Shown here piece by piece: positions 10,133 through 18,999 of a DNA stretch of 38,814 bases. Numbering within the stretch: position 1 is the stretch's first letter; the number at the start of each line of letters is the position of its first letter. The notes under the pieces were generated by a model, which was given only the letters and a program-made list of their open reading frames with translations, searched no databases and was not told the origin of the DNA. The position numbers were made by a program, and so were the translations under genes. The DNA is from Blastocatellia bacterium (GTDB lineage Bacteria > Acidobacteriota > Blastocatellia > UBA7656), in NCBI GenBank assembly GCA_017883315.1, contig JADGNW010000121.1, positions 1 through 38,814 of the forward strand. The letters are read 5' to 3'.

Positions 10133-10705
10133 ATGAGAATCAAACTTACGACTGCTCTGTTCCTGCTACTTTGCCTGGCTATGGCGATGCCGGCGTCTGA
10201 AGCGAAGAACGGCAAAGAAGAAACGTTCTCCGCTCTGGCACAGCTTCCAGTAGCGGGGACCACGATGAATGTGAAGATCTACATAGACGCTTATTCGAGC
10301 ACGCAGGAAGCTCAGCAGCTCCATGGGATTTTGATGGACGGCGGACCTGGCGCACTGCTGAAGACGCTTCAGAAGATGAAACCGATAGGTCGCATCGAAA
10401 GAGAAGACACCGTCGGCTTCTACGACTTTAAGCTCATACTTTCAAAGTCTACGCCGGAGGGGCGCCACATCTACGCGGTGACTGATCGGCCGATAGGATT
10501 TCTCGAGGCCTACGCCGGTTCGCGCTCGGTCGACTATCCCTTCGGCATTCTTGAACTGGATTTGAAGGCAGACAAAAAGGGGAAAGAGAAAGGCGAAGGC
10601 TCGCTCATCTACGCGGCTCAAATTAAGGTCCTGGACGGAGAGAAGGTGGATATCGAGAACTTCACCTTTGCACCGATACGTCTTCTGGCCGTCCAGCAAC
10701 TATGA
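10133..10705 (+). CDS. Secreted hypothetical protein
   Basis: 190-aa ORF preceded by a GGAGGA SD. Clear signal peptide MRIKLTTALFLLLCLAMAMPASEA. Confidence 0.65.
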   Translation: MRIKLTTALFLLLCLAMAMPASEAKNGKEETFSALAQLPVAGTTMNVKIYIDAYSSTQEAQQLHGILMDGGPGALLKTLQKMKPIGRIEREDTVGFYDFKLILSKSTPEGRHIYAVTDRPIGFLEAYAGSRSVDYPFGILELDLKADKKGKEKGEGSLIYAAQIKVLDGEKVDIENFTFAPIRLLAVQQL

Positions 10706-10738
10706 ACCGCGACCGATGTGAGCTTCTGGAGTCTTTCT

Positions 10739-11404
10739 CTATCTTGAAACATAGAGATTAGGGAATTGCTTGCGAAGACTTGCAACCTTGGGGAGATCGT
10801 TGATCACGATATACGGCTCATTTGGATGATGGACCGCGTAGTCCTGATGATATGCCTCAGCTTCGTAAAAGGAGTTACCGACGGAGATTACCGTTACAAT
10901 CGGGGCACCGAAGACCTTAGCCTGATTGAGTTGATCGATGTAGGCTTTCCCAATACGCTCTTGCCCTTCGTTCGAGCAAAAGATTGCCGAGCGATATTGC
11001 GTCCCGTAGTCGGGTCCCTGCCGGTTCAGTTCGGTGGGATCGTGGGCCACCGAAAAGAAAACTTTTAGAAGCTGTCCGTATGAGATCTGCGACGGATCGT
11101 ATTTGATCCGAACCGATTCGGCGTGCCCCGTTCTGCCCGATGAGACGATTTCATAATGAGCCGTATCGGCAGAGCCTCCCGCATATCCGGCTTTGACGTC
11201 GATGACACCCTTAACGTGCTCGAACACGGCTTGAATACCCCAAAAGCAGCCTCCGGCGACGACGGCAACTCGCTCGCCTTTTGTGGCAGACAGCGGCTCA
11301 TCCAACACGGGATCGGGAATCGCGACCGTAGCGCTCGCTACATTACAAGCCAGCGTGAAGACTAATGGAAAGATGGCAACAATACGGAAAGCAACCGGGT
11401 GCAT
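10739..11404 (-). CDS. msrA: Peptide-methionine (S)-S-oxide reductase MsrA, with an N-terminal export or lipoprotein signal
   Basis: Catalytic motif VAGGCFWGIQAVFEHVKGV, followed by GYAGG and GHAESVRIKYDP. The hydrophobic leader ends in LAC. Confidence 0.9.
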   Translation of the reverse strand: MHPVAFRIVAIFPLVFTLACNVASATVAIPDPVLDEPLSATKGERVAVVAGGCFWGIQAVFEHVKGVIDVKAGYAGGSADTAHYEIVSSGRTGHAESVRIKYDPSQISYGQLLKVFFSVAHDPTELNRQGPDYGTQYRSAIFCSNEGQERIGKAYIDQLNQAKVFGAPIVTVISVGNSFYEAEAYHQDYAVHHPNEPYIVINDLPKVASLRKQFPNLYVSR

Positions 11405-11508
11405 ACATCCTGCCTTTCGTGGAAGCTTATATCATCGCTCACGACTCATAGAGGCACGCCCAAGAGCGATCGACCACACCAATTCGAACCGGCGCGAGAG
11501 TTATTTAG

Positions 11509-11582
11509 TAGCGGCGGGAGGACTTGAACCTCCGACCTTGGGGTTATGAATCCCACGCTCTAACCACCTGAGCTACGCCGCC
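11509..11582 (-). tRNA. tRNA with CAT anticodon (Met, or Ile2 if lysidine-modified); CCA not encoded
   Basis: Manual cloverleaf on the minus strand. Acceptor GGCGGCG/CGCCGCT; D arm GCTC-AGGTGGTTA-GAGC; anticodon arm TGGGA-TTCATAA-CCCCA (one A.C mismatch); variable loop AGGTC; T arm GGAGG-TTCAAGT-CCTCC; discriminator A. Confidence 0.85.
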
Positions 11583-12032
11583 TCCTTTTCTAACTAACTT
11601 ACGGCTACCTACGGGGCTGCCTTCGAGCCATCGTTCTGCAAGGGTGTTGAATTTATCGCAGCTCCCCGCTTTACCACTCCTCGCCGTTGGCGCTCGACGC
11701 TAACCCTCATGCGTCGCATAAAAATAACGCATGGTTGTTCGTTATGTCCATGTGGCCCGCCATTTCCTGTCTCAACAGAAAAAAACGCCACCAGACCCTT
11801 CCTCCCAGACGCTACGTCAGACGCTCCGCAGACGTTGCTGGAGAGCCAAATCTATTATGCTGCCCGACGGAAGAAGATAGTACTTCCAGCAGGCTGTCCA
11901 AAGCGACGACGCATTCCAGTTATTGAATGCGAAGATCGCGAATTTTCATTTGCATGTCGCTGACACTTACCGGGGTGAAGGAGTCCCGGCGCGCAACACT
12001 GTTCGCTGGATTGACAATGATGGGCTATAGCC

Positions 12033-12245
12033 ATGGACTGGCTCGAAATGACGTCTCACTCATTTATTGTCAAGATCTGGCTGGAAGAAACTGCTGTGGA
12101 AGCAGGCCAAGCCAAGTGGCGCGGCCACATCACCCACGTGCCTGACGGAGTACGGCGCTACGTTGAGAGCCTCGATGAGATCTCGACCTTCATAAGCGCC
12201 TATCTTAAAGCAATGGAGCAAACCCCGAACGGTGGCGACCCCTAG
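12033..12245 (+). CDS. Small conserved-looking hypothetical protein upstream of the CIS operon
   Basis: 70-aa ORF. The pattern SFIVKIWLEE...AKWRGHITHVPDGVRRYVESLDEISTFISAYL resembles a small-protein family I recall from other phyla, which I cannot verify here. No strong SD. Confidence 0.4.
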   Translation: MDWLEMTSHSFIVKIWLEETAVEAGQAKWRGHITHVPDGVRRYVESLDEISTFISAYLKAMEQTPNGGDP

Positions 12246-12423
12246 AGAACTCTCCAGGGAACGCGGTGGCCCCGTGCGGCTCCTGTCTCGAGGGTCTTCT
12301 GCCTTGCCTTGCGAGATTGGTGCAGAGGTTAGCCGGGGTTCATCGGCGCGCTTCTGGCAAAGCGATGGTACGCGCAGGAACCAATAGATCACCGGACGAG
12401 TACTGCGGATCGGAGGAAAACGC

Positions 12424-13032
12424 TTGGCTGGCTTTGCGGGAATCGCAGCGGCGGGCAAGAGCATCGAGATGTTGCTTAACGCGTGCTTCGAGGATTTTCA
12501 GCCTCTACAGCCGCCCGACACCGCCAAGAAGACGAAAGCCAAGTTGGTGCACACTGTTGATTTCGAGCGTGGCAAAGTCGCAACCAGCCTCCCGTCGCCG
12601 GCATTGTCGATCTTTCTGTACCGCGTCGATTTCAACAAAGTTATGCGCGCTGCCTGGTCGGGTGCATCGAGCCAGGATGGACGTTCACATCTGGGACTGG
12701 ATCTGCACTATCTGATTACGCCGTGGGCCGAGAACGCCGAAGACGAGCATCTCATCCTCGGCAGAGCGATGCAGTGCATTGAAACGACGCCGATCCTGAG
12801 TGGCCCGTTGTTGCACTCTTCGGGCGAGTGGGATGCCGGCGAATCTATCCAGTTGGTGCTCGAAGAGATTTCAACCGAAGCGGTCATGCGCATGTTCGAT
12901 TCGCTGCCGACCGATTACCGATTGAGCGTGCCTTACATCGCTCGCGTCATGCGATTGGATGGGCGCGTAGCAACGCCTGAAGGTCCGGTGGCCACTGCGA
13001 TCATCGGAGCAGTGCCGACAACAGTGTTATGA
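12424..13032 (+). CDS. DUF4255 protein: Afp16/Pvc16-like tail terminator (cap)
   Basis: TTG start with GGAGGA 7 nt upstream. The motifs LSIFLYRVDFN and LDLHYLITPW are characteristic of DUF4255. First gene of the operon. Confidence 0.85.
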   Translation: MAGFAGIAAAGKSIEMLLNACFEDFQPLQPPDTAKKTKAKLVHTVDFERGKVATSLPSPALSIFLYRVDFNKVMRAAWSGASSQDGRSHLGLDLHYLITPWAENAEDEHLILGRAMQCIETTPILSGPLLHSSGEWDAGESIQLVLEEISTEAVMRMFDSLPTDYRLSVPYIARVMRLDGRVATPEGPVATAIIGAVPTTVL

Positions 13033-13877
13033 ATCAGTTCCTGTCCAGCCGCTACGTCGAAGTGATTCAGCGTCTCGCGCTGGGCATCGAGCCAATTGAC
13101 GCCCAGAGCGCCAGGCGGTTGAGCTATGCTCTTCAGGTCGTGTATGACGTGGCGCCTTTCGGCAAGCGGCGCCCGCCTATCGAGCGGCACGCCTCCAATC
13201 TTTACGCGTTGCGTTATCAGCCCGGCGTGACTGAACAAATTGATGTGCGCTTCTTCGATTTGTCAGAGCGCTCTTACAAGCCTGAGTACGATCGCCGCCG
13301 CGTTGTGCCGCGGCGCCTGAGCATTCCGATCCTTACTCTCGACGATGTCGAAGAGCAGGAACTGCAAGAAGCTGAGGCTGCCGGTAAACAAGCAAAAGAT
13401 TTTCGACGACGCATACGCCGTCCGGTCTTTTTCCCCGGAGCGGCTTATGACTTCATCGCGACGGCTACCGGGCTACGGGGCCGTGTCATGCGCGGCGGCA
13501 AGCCGATGCGTTGGGCGCGCGTGGTCGCGACATTGGGTACAACTGTCGTCGGCCGCGCACACGGTGACGATCGGGGCGAGTTTCTTTTGCTAATCAATGC
13601 GAAGGTGGCGACGGTCACCGCTGTGCCAAAGCCACTCGAAATCACAGTCTCGGTCTTCGCTCCAAAGGATGCGCCAACGCCGGTCCCCGCCAATCTCCCT
13701 GAACTTGATCCCTTGTGGGACTTGCCATTGGAGAAGCTTGCCGAGCCGGGCGAAATCGATCCGGTCGCAGCCGGCGAGCGGCCTCCATGGGAGGAGACAA
13801 AGAGCGTCACTCGAGTTGTGACATTCATTCCGGGAGAGTGTCTTTCCGGAGAAGAGGATTTCGTGATCACCACCTAG
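13029..13877 (+). CDS. CIS-associated protein of unknown function
   Basis: 282-aa ORF with an ATGA overlap onto the cap gene. One segment (LRGRVMRGGKPMRWARVVATLGTTVVGRAHGDDRGEFLLLI) resembles a carboxypeptidase-regulatory-like beta-sandwich motif. Confidence 0.7.
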   Translation: MNQFLSSRYVEVIQRLALGIEPIDAQSARRLSYALQVVYDVAPFGKRRPPIERHASNLYALRYQPGVTEQIDVRFFDLSERSYKPEYDRRRVVPRRLSIPILTLDDVEEQELQEAEAAGKQAKDFRRRIRRPVFFPGAAYDFIATATGLRGRVMRGGKPMRWARVVATLGTTVVGRAHGDDRGEFLLLINAKVATVTAVPKPLEITVSVFAPKDAPTPVPANLPELDPLWDLPLEKLAEPGEIDPVAAGERPPWEETKSVTRVVTFIPGECLSGEEDFVITT

Positions 13878-13907
13878 CGCCTCGCGCGCTGAAAAAGGAG
13901 TGCTTCC

Positions 13908-15758
13908 ATGCCCGAATACTTAGCGCCTGGAGTTTATGTCGAGGAAGTCAGCTTCCGCTCGAAGTCTATCGAAGGCGTGCCAACAAGCACGACCGGTTTT
14001 GCGGGAATGACCCGCTACGGCCCGGTGCAGTATACCGGCGGTCCGAAGACCAGTGAGCCGCGCTTGATTACGAGCTTCACCGAATTCGAGCGCGTATACG
14101 GCGGGCTGGAACCATTGTTGATCGGCACCGACGAACGCCTCTGCTTTCTGGCGCACGCCGCGCGTGCGTTCTTCGACAATGGAGGCAAACGTCTCTACGT
14201 TTCGCGCGTGTTCACACCGAACCCGGCCACGCCAGCCCCGCCCGCGGGCGACCCAGCCCTCGGAGTGGCTGGCCGCATTGTCAATGCAGACGCTACGTGG
14301 CGAGCGCGCTGGCCGGGCCGTGCTGGAAACGTTCTCGTCGAAACGAAGGTCGTTCGCAGCGGAAACATCGCCTATGTGCACCCCGACCCCACCTTCGGCA
14401 TACAGGTGAAACGGGCGAAGGCCGGGGCAGTTGTCGAAATTCTGGCGGCTCCGCCGCCGCCGCTGCCTACGGGCAACGATCCACCGCTAGCCGGTACTCT
14501 TGCGGTAGTGGAAGTGGCAGCCAATGGCAAGCAGACATTCCTGGACAGCGGCGGTGCCCAAGTACCGACGACGGACAACATCCGGTTGGTGGAGATGCAG
14601 GTCATCGTCACGCCCGAGGCGGATAGCCCTGTTGTTTACGATGAGCTCGCCGCCGATCCACGCCAAAAACGTTACATCGGCAAGATTCTACAACGCGACG
14701 ATCCCGAGGATGAGAACGCCATCGTCTGGCTGGACTATAAGCCACCGGTCCCCACGCCTATAGATTTGCTCCTTGCCTTGCGCGGCAATATCTCTGCGGG
14801 CAACCCAATCCGGCTCCAAGGCGGCCACGACGGCTTGGAGGCTTCACCCGATGACCTGGCCGGCAACGAGGCAGATCCGGATGACGCGGCCAAGAAGGCG
14901 ACCGGACTCGCAGCGCTCGGAGAGATTGACGACATCGCCATAGTCGCGTTGCCGGATGGAGGCGGGTACGACACTGCCGTCGCATGCGCGCAAGCCGCTG
15001 ATCGCTTGATCTCTCATGCCGAAAGATCGCGCTATCGAATTGCCGTCGTCGATGCGCCGCAAGGAAGTTCAATGACCGAGATTCGCGCTTTCCGCGGCGG
15101 GTTCGATAGCAAGTACGCCGCGCTCTACCACCCCTGGATCGAGATCTTCGACCCGACGGAACGACCCTCGCAAGGCGCGCCTCCAAAGCGGTTGCTGCTG
15201 CCGCCGTCCGGCTTCGTCACCGGCATCTACGCGCGTTCGGACATCGAACGCGGCGTGCACAAAGCTCCCGCCAACGAAGTCGTGCGCGGGCTGACTCGCT
15301 TTGAAGCCAACATCAACAAAGGCCGGCAGGACGTGCTCAATCCGGAAGGCATCAACGCGCTCCGATTTTTTGAAGGCCGCGGCAATCGCGTCTGGGGCGC
15401 GCGCACCATGAGCTCCGATCCCGAGTGGAAGTACGTCAACGTGCGGAGGCTTTTTATCTACATCGAGCATTCAATCGACAAGGGCACGCAGTGGGCAGTC
15501 TTTGAGCCGAACGGACCGCGTCTCTGGGCCAACATTCGCCAAACGGTTGAAGACTTCCTCCTCGTCTTATGGCGCGACGGCGCGTTGCTCGGCGACAAAC
15601 CCGAACAGGCTTACTTCGTTCGCTGCGACCGCACGACGATGACGCAGAACGATCTCGACAACGGCCGCATGATCTGTCTGGTTGGCGTCGCCCCGGTCAA
15701 ACCGGCCGAGTTCGTCATATTCCGCATCGGCCAGTGGACGGGGGACGCGAAGGTCTAG
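13908..15758 (+). CDS. Contractile tail sheath protein, paralogue 1
   Basis: AAGGAG SD. Classic sheath N-terminus MPEYLAPGVYVEEV. C-terminal sheath core AALYHPW...LPPSG...GIYARSD..GVHKAPAN...INALRFFEGRGNRVWGARTM. Confidence 0.95.
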   Translation: MPEYLAPGVYVEEVSFRSKSIEGVPTSTTGFAGMTRYGPVQYTGGPKTSEPRLITSFTEFERVYGGLEPLLIGTDERLCFLAHAARAFFDNGGKRLYVSRVFTPNPATPAPPAGDPALGVAGRIVNADATWRARWPGRAGNVLVETKVVRSGNIAYVHPDPTFGIQVKRAKAGAVVEILAAPPPPLPTGNDPPLAGTLAVVEVAANGKQTFLDSGGAQVPTTDNIRLVEMQVIVTPEADSPVVYDELAADPRQKRYIGKILQRDDPEDENAIVWLDYKPPVPTPIDLLLALRGNISAGNPIRLQGGHDGLEASPDDLAGNEADPDDAAKKATGLAALGEIDDIAIVALPDGGGYDTAVACAQAADRLISHAERSRYRIAVVDAPQGSSMTEIRAFRGGFDSKYAALYHPWIEIFDPTERPSQGAPPKRLLLPPSGFVTGIYARSDIERGVHKAPANEVVRGLTRFEANINKGRQDVLNPEGINALRFFEGRGNRVWGARTMSSDPEWKYVNVRRLFIYIEHSIDKGTQWAVFEPNGPRLWANIRQTVEDFLLVLWRDGALLGDKPEQAYFVRCDRTTMTQNDLDNGRMICLVGVAPVKPAEFVIFRIGQWTGDAKV

Positions 15759-15782
15759 CTCAAGATTTAGGAGGAACAGGTA

Positions 15783-16238
15783 ATGGCGACTACACGTCAA
15801 AATCCCTTCGGCGCATTCAACTATCTGGTTTCGTTGAACGACAAGAACGACGACGCCACGGATGTTTTCGGCGGTTTTTCGGACGTTAGCGGACTGGGAA
15901 TGGACGTGAGCTATTCCGAGTACCGCAACGGCAACGAGAAGTTCAACACGGTGCGCAAGATCCCGAATACCCACAAGCTCGATGACGTCACGCTCAAACG
16001 CGGCCTCGTCGGCCAGACAAAACTCTTCGAGTGGATCAAAGCGGTTGCCGACGGGGCATACGCGCCGACCAATGTCACGGTCACGCTGCTCGACGAAGCG
16101 CGCCAGACGGTCGCGACCTGGGTGCTGCGCAACGCTCAACCCAAAAAGTGGACCGGCCCGACGCTCGCAGCCAAAGGCGGCGGCGAAGTGGCGATGGAAG
16201 AACTGCACCTGGTGCACGAAGGGATTGATTTCAAGTAA
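15783..16238 (+). CDS. Tail tube protein (T4 gp19-like, Afp1/Pvc1 type), paralogue 1
   Basis: AGGAGG SD. 151 aa with FGAFNYLVSL...FSDVSGLGMDVSYSEYRNG...KLDDVTLKRGL...EELHLVHEGI, typical of CIS inner tube proteins. Confidence 0.9.
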   Translation: MATTRQNPFGAFNYLVSLNDKNDDATDVFGGFSDVSGLGMDVSYSEYRNGNEKFNTVRKIPNTHKLDDVTLKRGLVGQTKLFEWIKAVADGAYAPTNVTVTLLDEARQTVATWVLRNAQPKKWTGPTLAAKGGGEVAMEELHLVHEGIDFK

Positions 16239-16366
16239 GTCGTCAGCTTGTGTGATTGAGACCTCGCTCTGTTGACAAGCGCGCGAGCTACGGCGACGAG
16301 ATGCCGGCTGAGGGATCTCGCCAACACCTTGCTCGCTCGCTGGCTGCTTACCTCACGGCGATAGTT

Positions 16367-18397
16367 ATGGCATTTCCTGTTCGCATACCTCTCGGCGCTC
16401 CGGGCATCTATCAGTACACGGACTCGCCGCTCCGGGCGCTCACCGGCGTTCGGATGGACGTATGCGCGTTTGTCGGCGTCGCGCCTCGCGGGCCTGTGCG
16501 GGTGCCGGTCGTCAACGAGAAATGGCTCGATGATCGGCCCTGCGTGGAAGACGAACGCCCGCGCCGCCGCACTGTTGCCGTTGCGGTCGAGAGTTTCGAC
16601 GAATACCGGCGATTTTTCGGCGGCTTCGAAGGGCCCGGCCTGCTCCCTTATGCGGTCGCGTCGTTCTTCGAGCAAGGCGGGCAGCGAGCATATATCGCGC
16701 GAATAGTGCATGACTATCGCGACGAGCTGGATCCAAGTAAACCCGATCCCTTGACGAATGCGGCAGCCGTCGCCAGTGGCGTGGTCCCGGGCGCGGGAAC
16801 CAATGCCGAACCGCTGAGGCTGCGCGCGCGCAATGAAGGAAGCTGGGGCAATCTCTTGCGCGCTGCGCTCGATTTCACGGCACGGCCAATTGAATTCGAG
16901 GCAAGCGACGTCACATCGTTGAAGGTCGACGTTTCGATCGAGCTTCCTCAGGGCGCCCTGTTGCGGTTAACGCTGAATAATGCGCAGCGCGAGCGCGTCT
17001 TGCGGATCGTTGCCAACATCACGCGGCAAGAACGCGAGAAGAGCGCGGGTTTCGTCAACAGAGCGACCTTCGATCAGCCCGTGCCTTTCGACGTCAAGGC
17101 AGCCGAAGTGGTCGAAGGGATTCTATCGATTGACGACGGAGACGGACGCCGAGAGAGGCACGAGAGGCTCGGCTTCTCGGCGCTGCATCGACGCTGGATC
17201 GCGACCGTGCTCTGCTACGAATCACAGCTCGTTTTCCCGGACCAGAACTGGAGTAACCTCGAAATGATTCCCGGGGATTTCGATCTGCTTCCGGCGGGAT
17301 GGTCGGCCCCATTCGAAGGCGGCGCCGACCGCTATGCCGAGATCACGCCTGATGATTTCTTCGATGACAAATGGACGCTCGGCGACGAAGAGCCGGGCAA
17401 CGGCGTCGACGCGCTTACGCAGCTTTCCGATCTTTCACTGGTAGTCGCGCCCGATCTTTATTCGCCTTACCCGCTTGCGCCGACCTCGCCTGTGATTGAT
17501 CCGGTCTCGCTCGCGGGGCCGGAGTTTGACCTTTGCGTTGATCTGCCGGAGCCACAGAAACAGACTACGGCCGAATTCGATCTCGCCGGCTTGCGGCTCG
17601 ATCCAAAACTGCCGGACGATCGCGATAAGATCATCGCCCTGCAAAAGAGGCTCGTTGATTTAGCCGATGTGCTGCGCTCGTTCATAGCCTTGGTCGATGT
17701 ACCGCCCGGTTTGAACCAGCGGCAGATTTTGAACTGGCGCGCGCAATTCAACTCGGCCTTCGCCGCCGCCTATCACCCGTGGCTGCAAGTTTCGCGACGC
17801 GGGGACAGCCGCGATGCGCTCGTCCGCGTTCCGCCTTCCGCAGTCGCCGCCGGCGTAATCGCTAAGCAGGAACTTGCTTTCGGCGTGCCGCAAGGCCCGG
17901 CCAATGTGCTCGCCGCCGAGATCATCGCCGTAGATGACGTAGTGTCGCCGGCGCGCCACGACGAGCTGCATCCGCAAGGCATCAACGTCTATTTGCGCGA
18001 ACGCGACGGCATTCGGCTGACCGCGGCACGCACGCTCAGCCGCGATCCACAATGGCGGCAACTGAGCGTGCGCCGTCTGATTACGATGATCCTTCGCGCT
18101 CTCCAACAGCAGATGCAGTGGGCGGTCTTCGAGCCGAACACCTCCGCGCTGCGTTCTGAAGTGCGCCTGGCTTTGGAAAGTTACTTGCGCCAGCTCTTCA
18201 GGCTTGGTGCTTTTCGCGGCGCGACCGAGGAGGAGGCGTACTTCGTGCGCTGCGACGAAACGAACAATCCTCCCTACATAGCCGACGCCGGCCGTTTGAT
18301 TGCCGAAGTTGGCGTGGCGCCGGCGGAGCCGCTCGAATTCATCGTGGTACGGCTCATACGCGAGGGCGACGGCACGCTCACACTCAAGGAGAAGTAA
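16367..18397 (+). CDS. Contractile tail sheath protein, paralogue 2
   Basis: N-terminus MAFPVRIPLGAPGIYQ...VCAFVGVAPRGP. C-terminal core AAAYHPWLQV...VPPSAVAAGVIAKQE...GVPQGPAN...GINVYLRERDGIRLTAARTLS. The ORF-track start at 16256 (TTG) adds an implausible basic leader. Confidence 0.9.
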   Translation: MAFPVRIPLGAPGIYQYTDSPLRALTGVRMDVCAFVGVAPRGPVRVPVVNEKWLDDRPCVEDERPRRRTVAVAVESFDEYRRFFGGFEGPGLLPYAVASFFEQGGQRAYIARIVHDYRDELDPSKPDPLTNAAAVASGVVPGAGTNAEPLRLRARNEGSWGNLLRAALDFTARPIEFEASDVTSLKVDVSIELPQGALLRLTLNNAQRERVLRIVANITRQEREKSAGFVNRATFDQPVPFDVKAAEVVEGILSIDDGDGRRERHERLGFSALHRRWIATVLCYESQLVFPDQNWSNLEMIPGDFDLLPAGWSAPFEGGADRYAEITPDDFFDDKWTLGDEEPGNGVDALTQLSDLSLVVAPDLYSPYPLAPTSPVIDPVSLAGPEFDLCVDLPEPQKQTTAEFDLAGLRLDPKLPDDRDKIIALQKRLVDLADVLRSFIALVDVPPGLNQRQILNWRAQFNSAFAAAYHPWLQVSRRGDSRDALVRVPPSAVAAGVIAKQELAFGVPQGPANVLAAEIIAVDDVVSPARHDELHPQGINVYLRERDGIRLTAARTLSRDPQWRQLSVRRLITMILRALQQQMQWAVFEPNTSALRSEVRLALESYLRQLFRLGAFRGATEEEAYFVRCDETNNPPYIADAGRLIAEVGVAPAEPLEFIVVRLIREGDGTLTLKEK

Positions 18398-18401
18398 GGC
18401 G

Positions 18402-18905
18402 ATGGCCGATCAACTACTTCGTTCGTTCAGATTTCACGTCAAGCTGAGCAAAAGCCCGGCGGTGCAATCGGGATCTCAAGTGCCAACCGATAAGCCGACT
18501 GGTACGGCGCTCGGCGATGGAGCGTTTCAGGAATGCAGCGGCCTGGAAGTCGAGATGGACGTGCAGGAATACCTCGAGGGTGGGCGCAACGACGGTGTGA
18601 TCAAGCGCGTCGGCCGCGCAAAGTACAACGCGATCGTGCTCAAGCGCGGGATGTTCTACGGCAGCGGTGGCGCCGCCAATAGCGATCTGTGGCGCTGGAT
18701 TCAAGGCGTCGTTGCCGGCGAGCTTCCCGTCACCCGCTATGACGGCACCATCACCGTGATGAGCTCCGGAGAGAAAGCCGCGGCAACGTGGGTGTTTGAT
18801 CGCGGGCTGCCGATGAAGATTCGCGGCCCGGAGTTGAATGCGAAAACAGGTGAAGTCGCAATTGAAGAGCTGCACATCGCTCACGAGGGATTGCGGCTGG
18901 TGTAA
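18402..18905 (+). CDS. Tail tube protein (gp19-like, Afp5/Pvc5 type), paralogue 2
   Basis: ATG 4 nt after the sheath-2 stop. FRFHVKL...GAFQECSGLEVEMDVQEYLEGGRN...KYNAIVLKRGM...IEELHIAHEGL. Confidence 0.9.
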   Translation: MADQLLRSFRFHVKLSKSPAVQSGSQVPTDKPTGTALGDGAFQECSGLEVEMDVQEYLEGGRNDGVIKRVGRAKYNAIVLKRGMFYGSGGAANSDLWRWIQGVVAGELPVTRYDGTITVMSSGEKAAATWVFDRGLPMKIRGPELNAKTGEVAIEELHIAHEGLRLV

Positions 18906-18999
18906 GAGTAGCAACGCGAACGCAGAAAACAGCGCGCCTGCGCGACCGCATCACGAACCGCGGACACACAGGCATGCGCGAAACTGAATCGATCGAGCC

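Noticed and set aside
9619-10263. Minus-strand ORFs 9619-9900 and 10015-10263 in the gap between the TPR gene and the secreted-protein gene
   Set aside because: They overlap the ends of better-supported plus-strand genes and have no motifs, no SD and odd composition. The region may hold a gene remnant, but I cannot support a call.
12256-12290. ECF-like promoter (GGAAC ... GTCTC) upstream of the cap gene
   Set aside because: The spacer between the two elements is 22 nt, well outside the 16-17 nt expected. I also could not find a sigma54 TGGCAC-N5-TTGC match.
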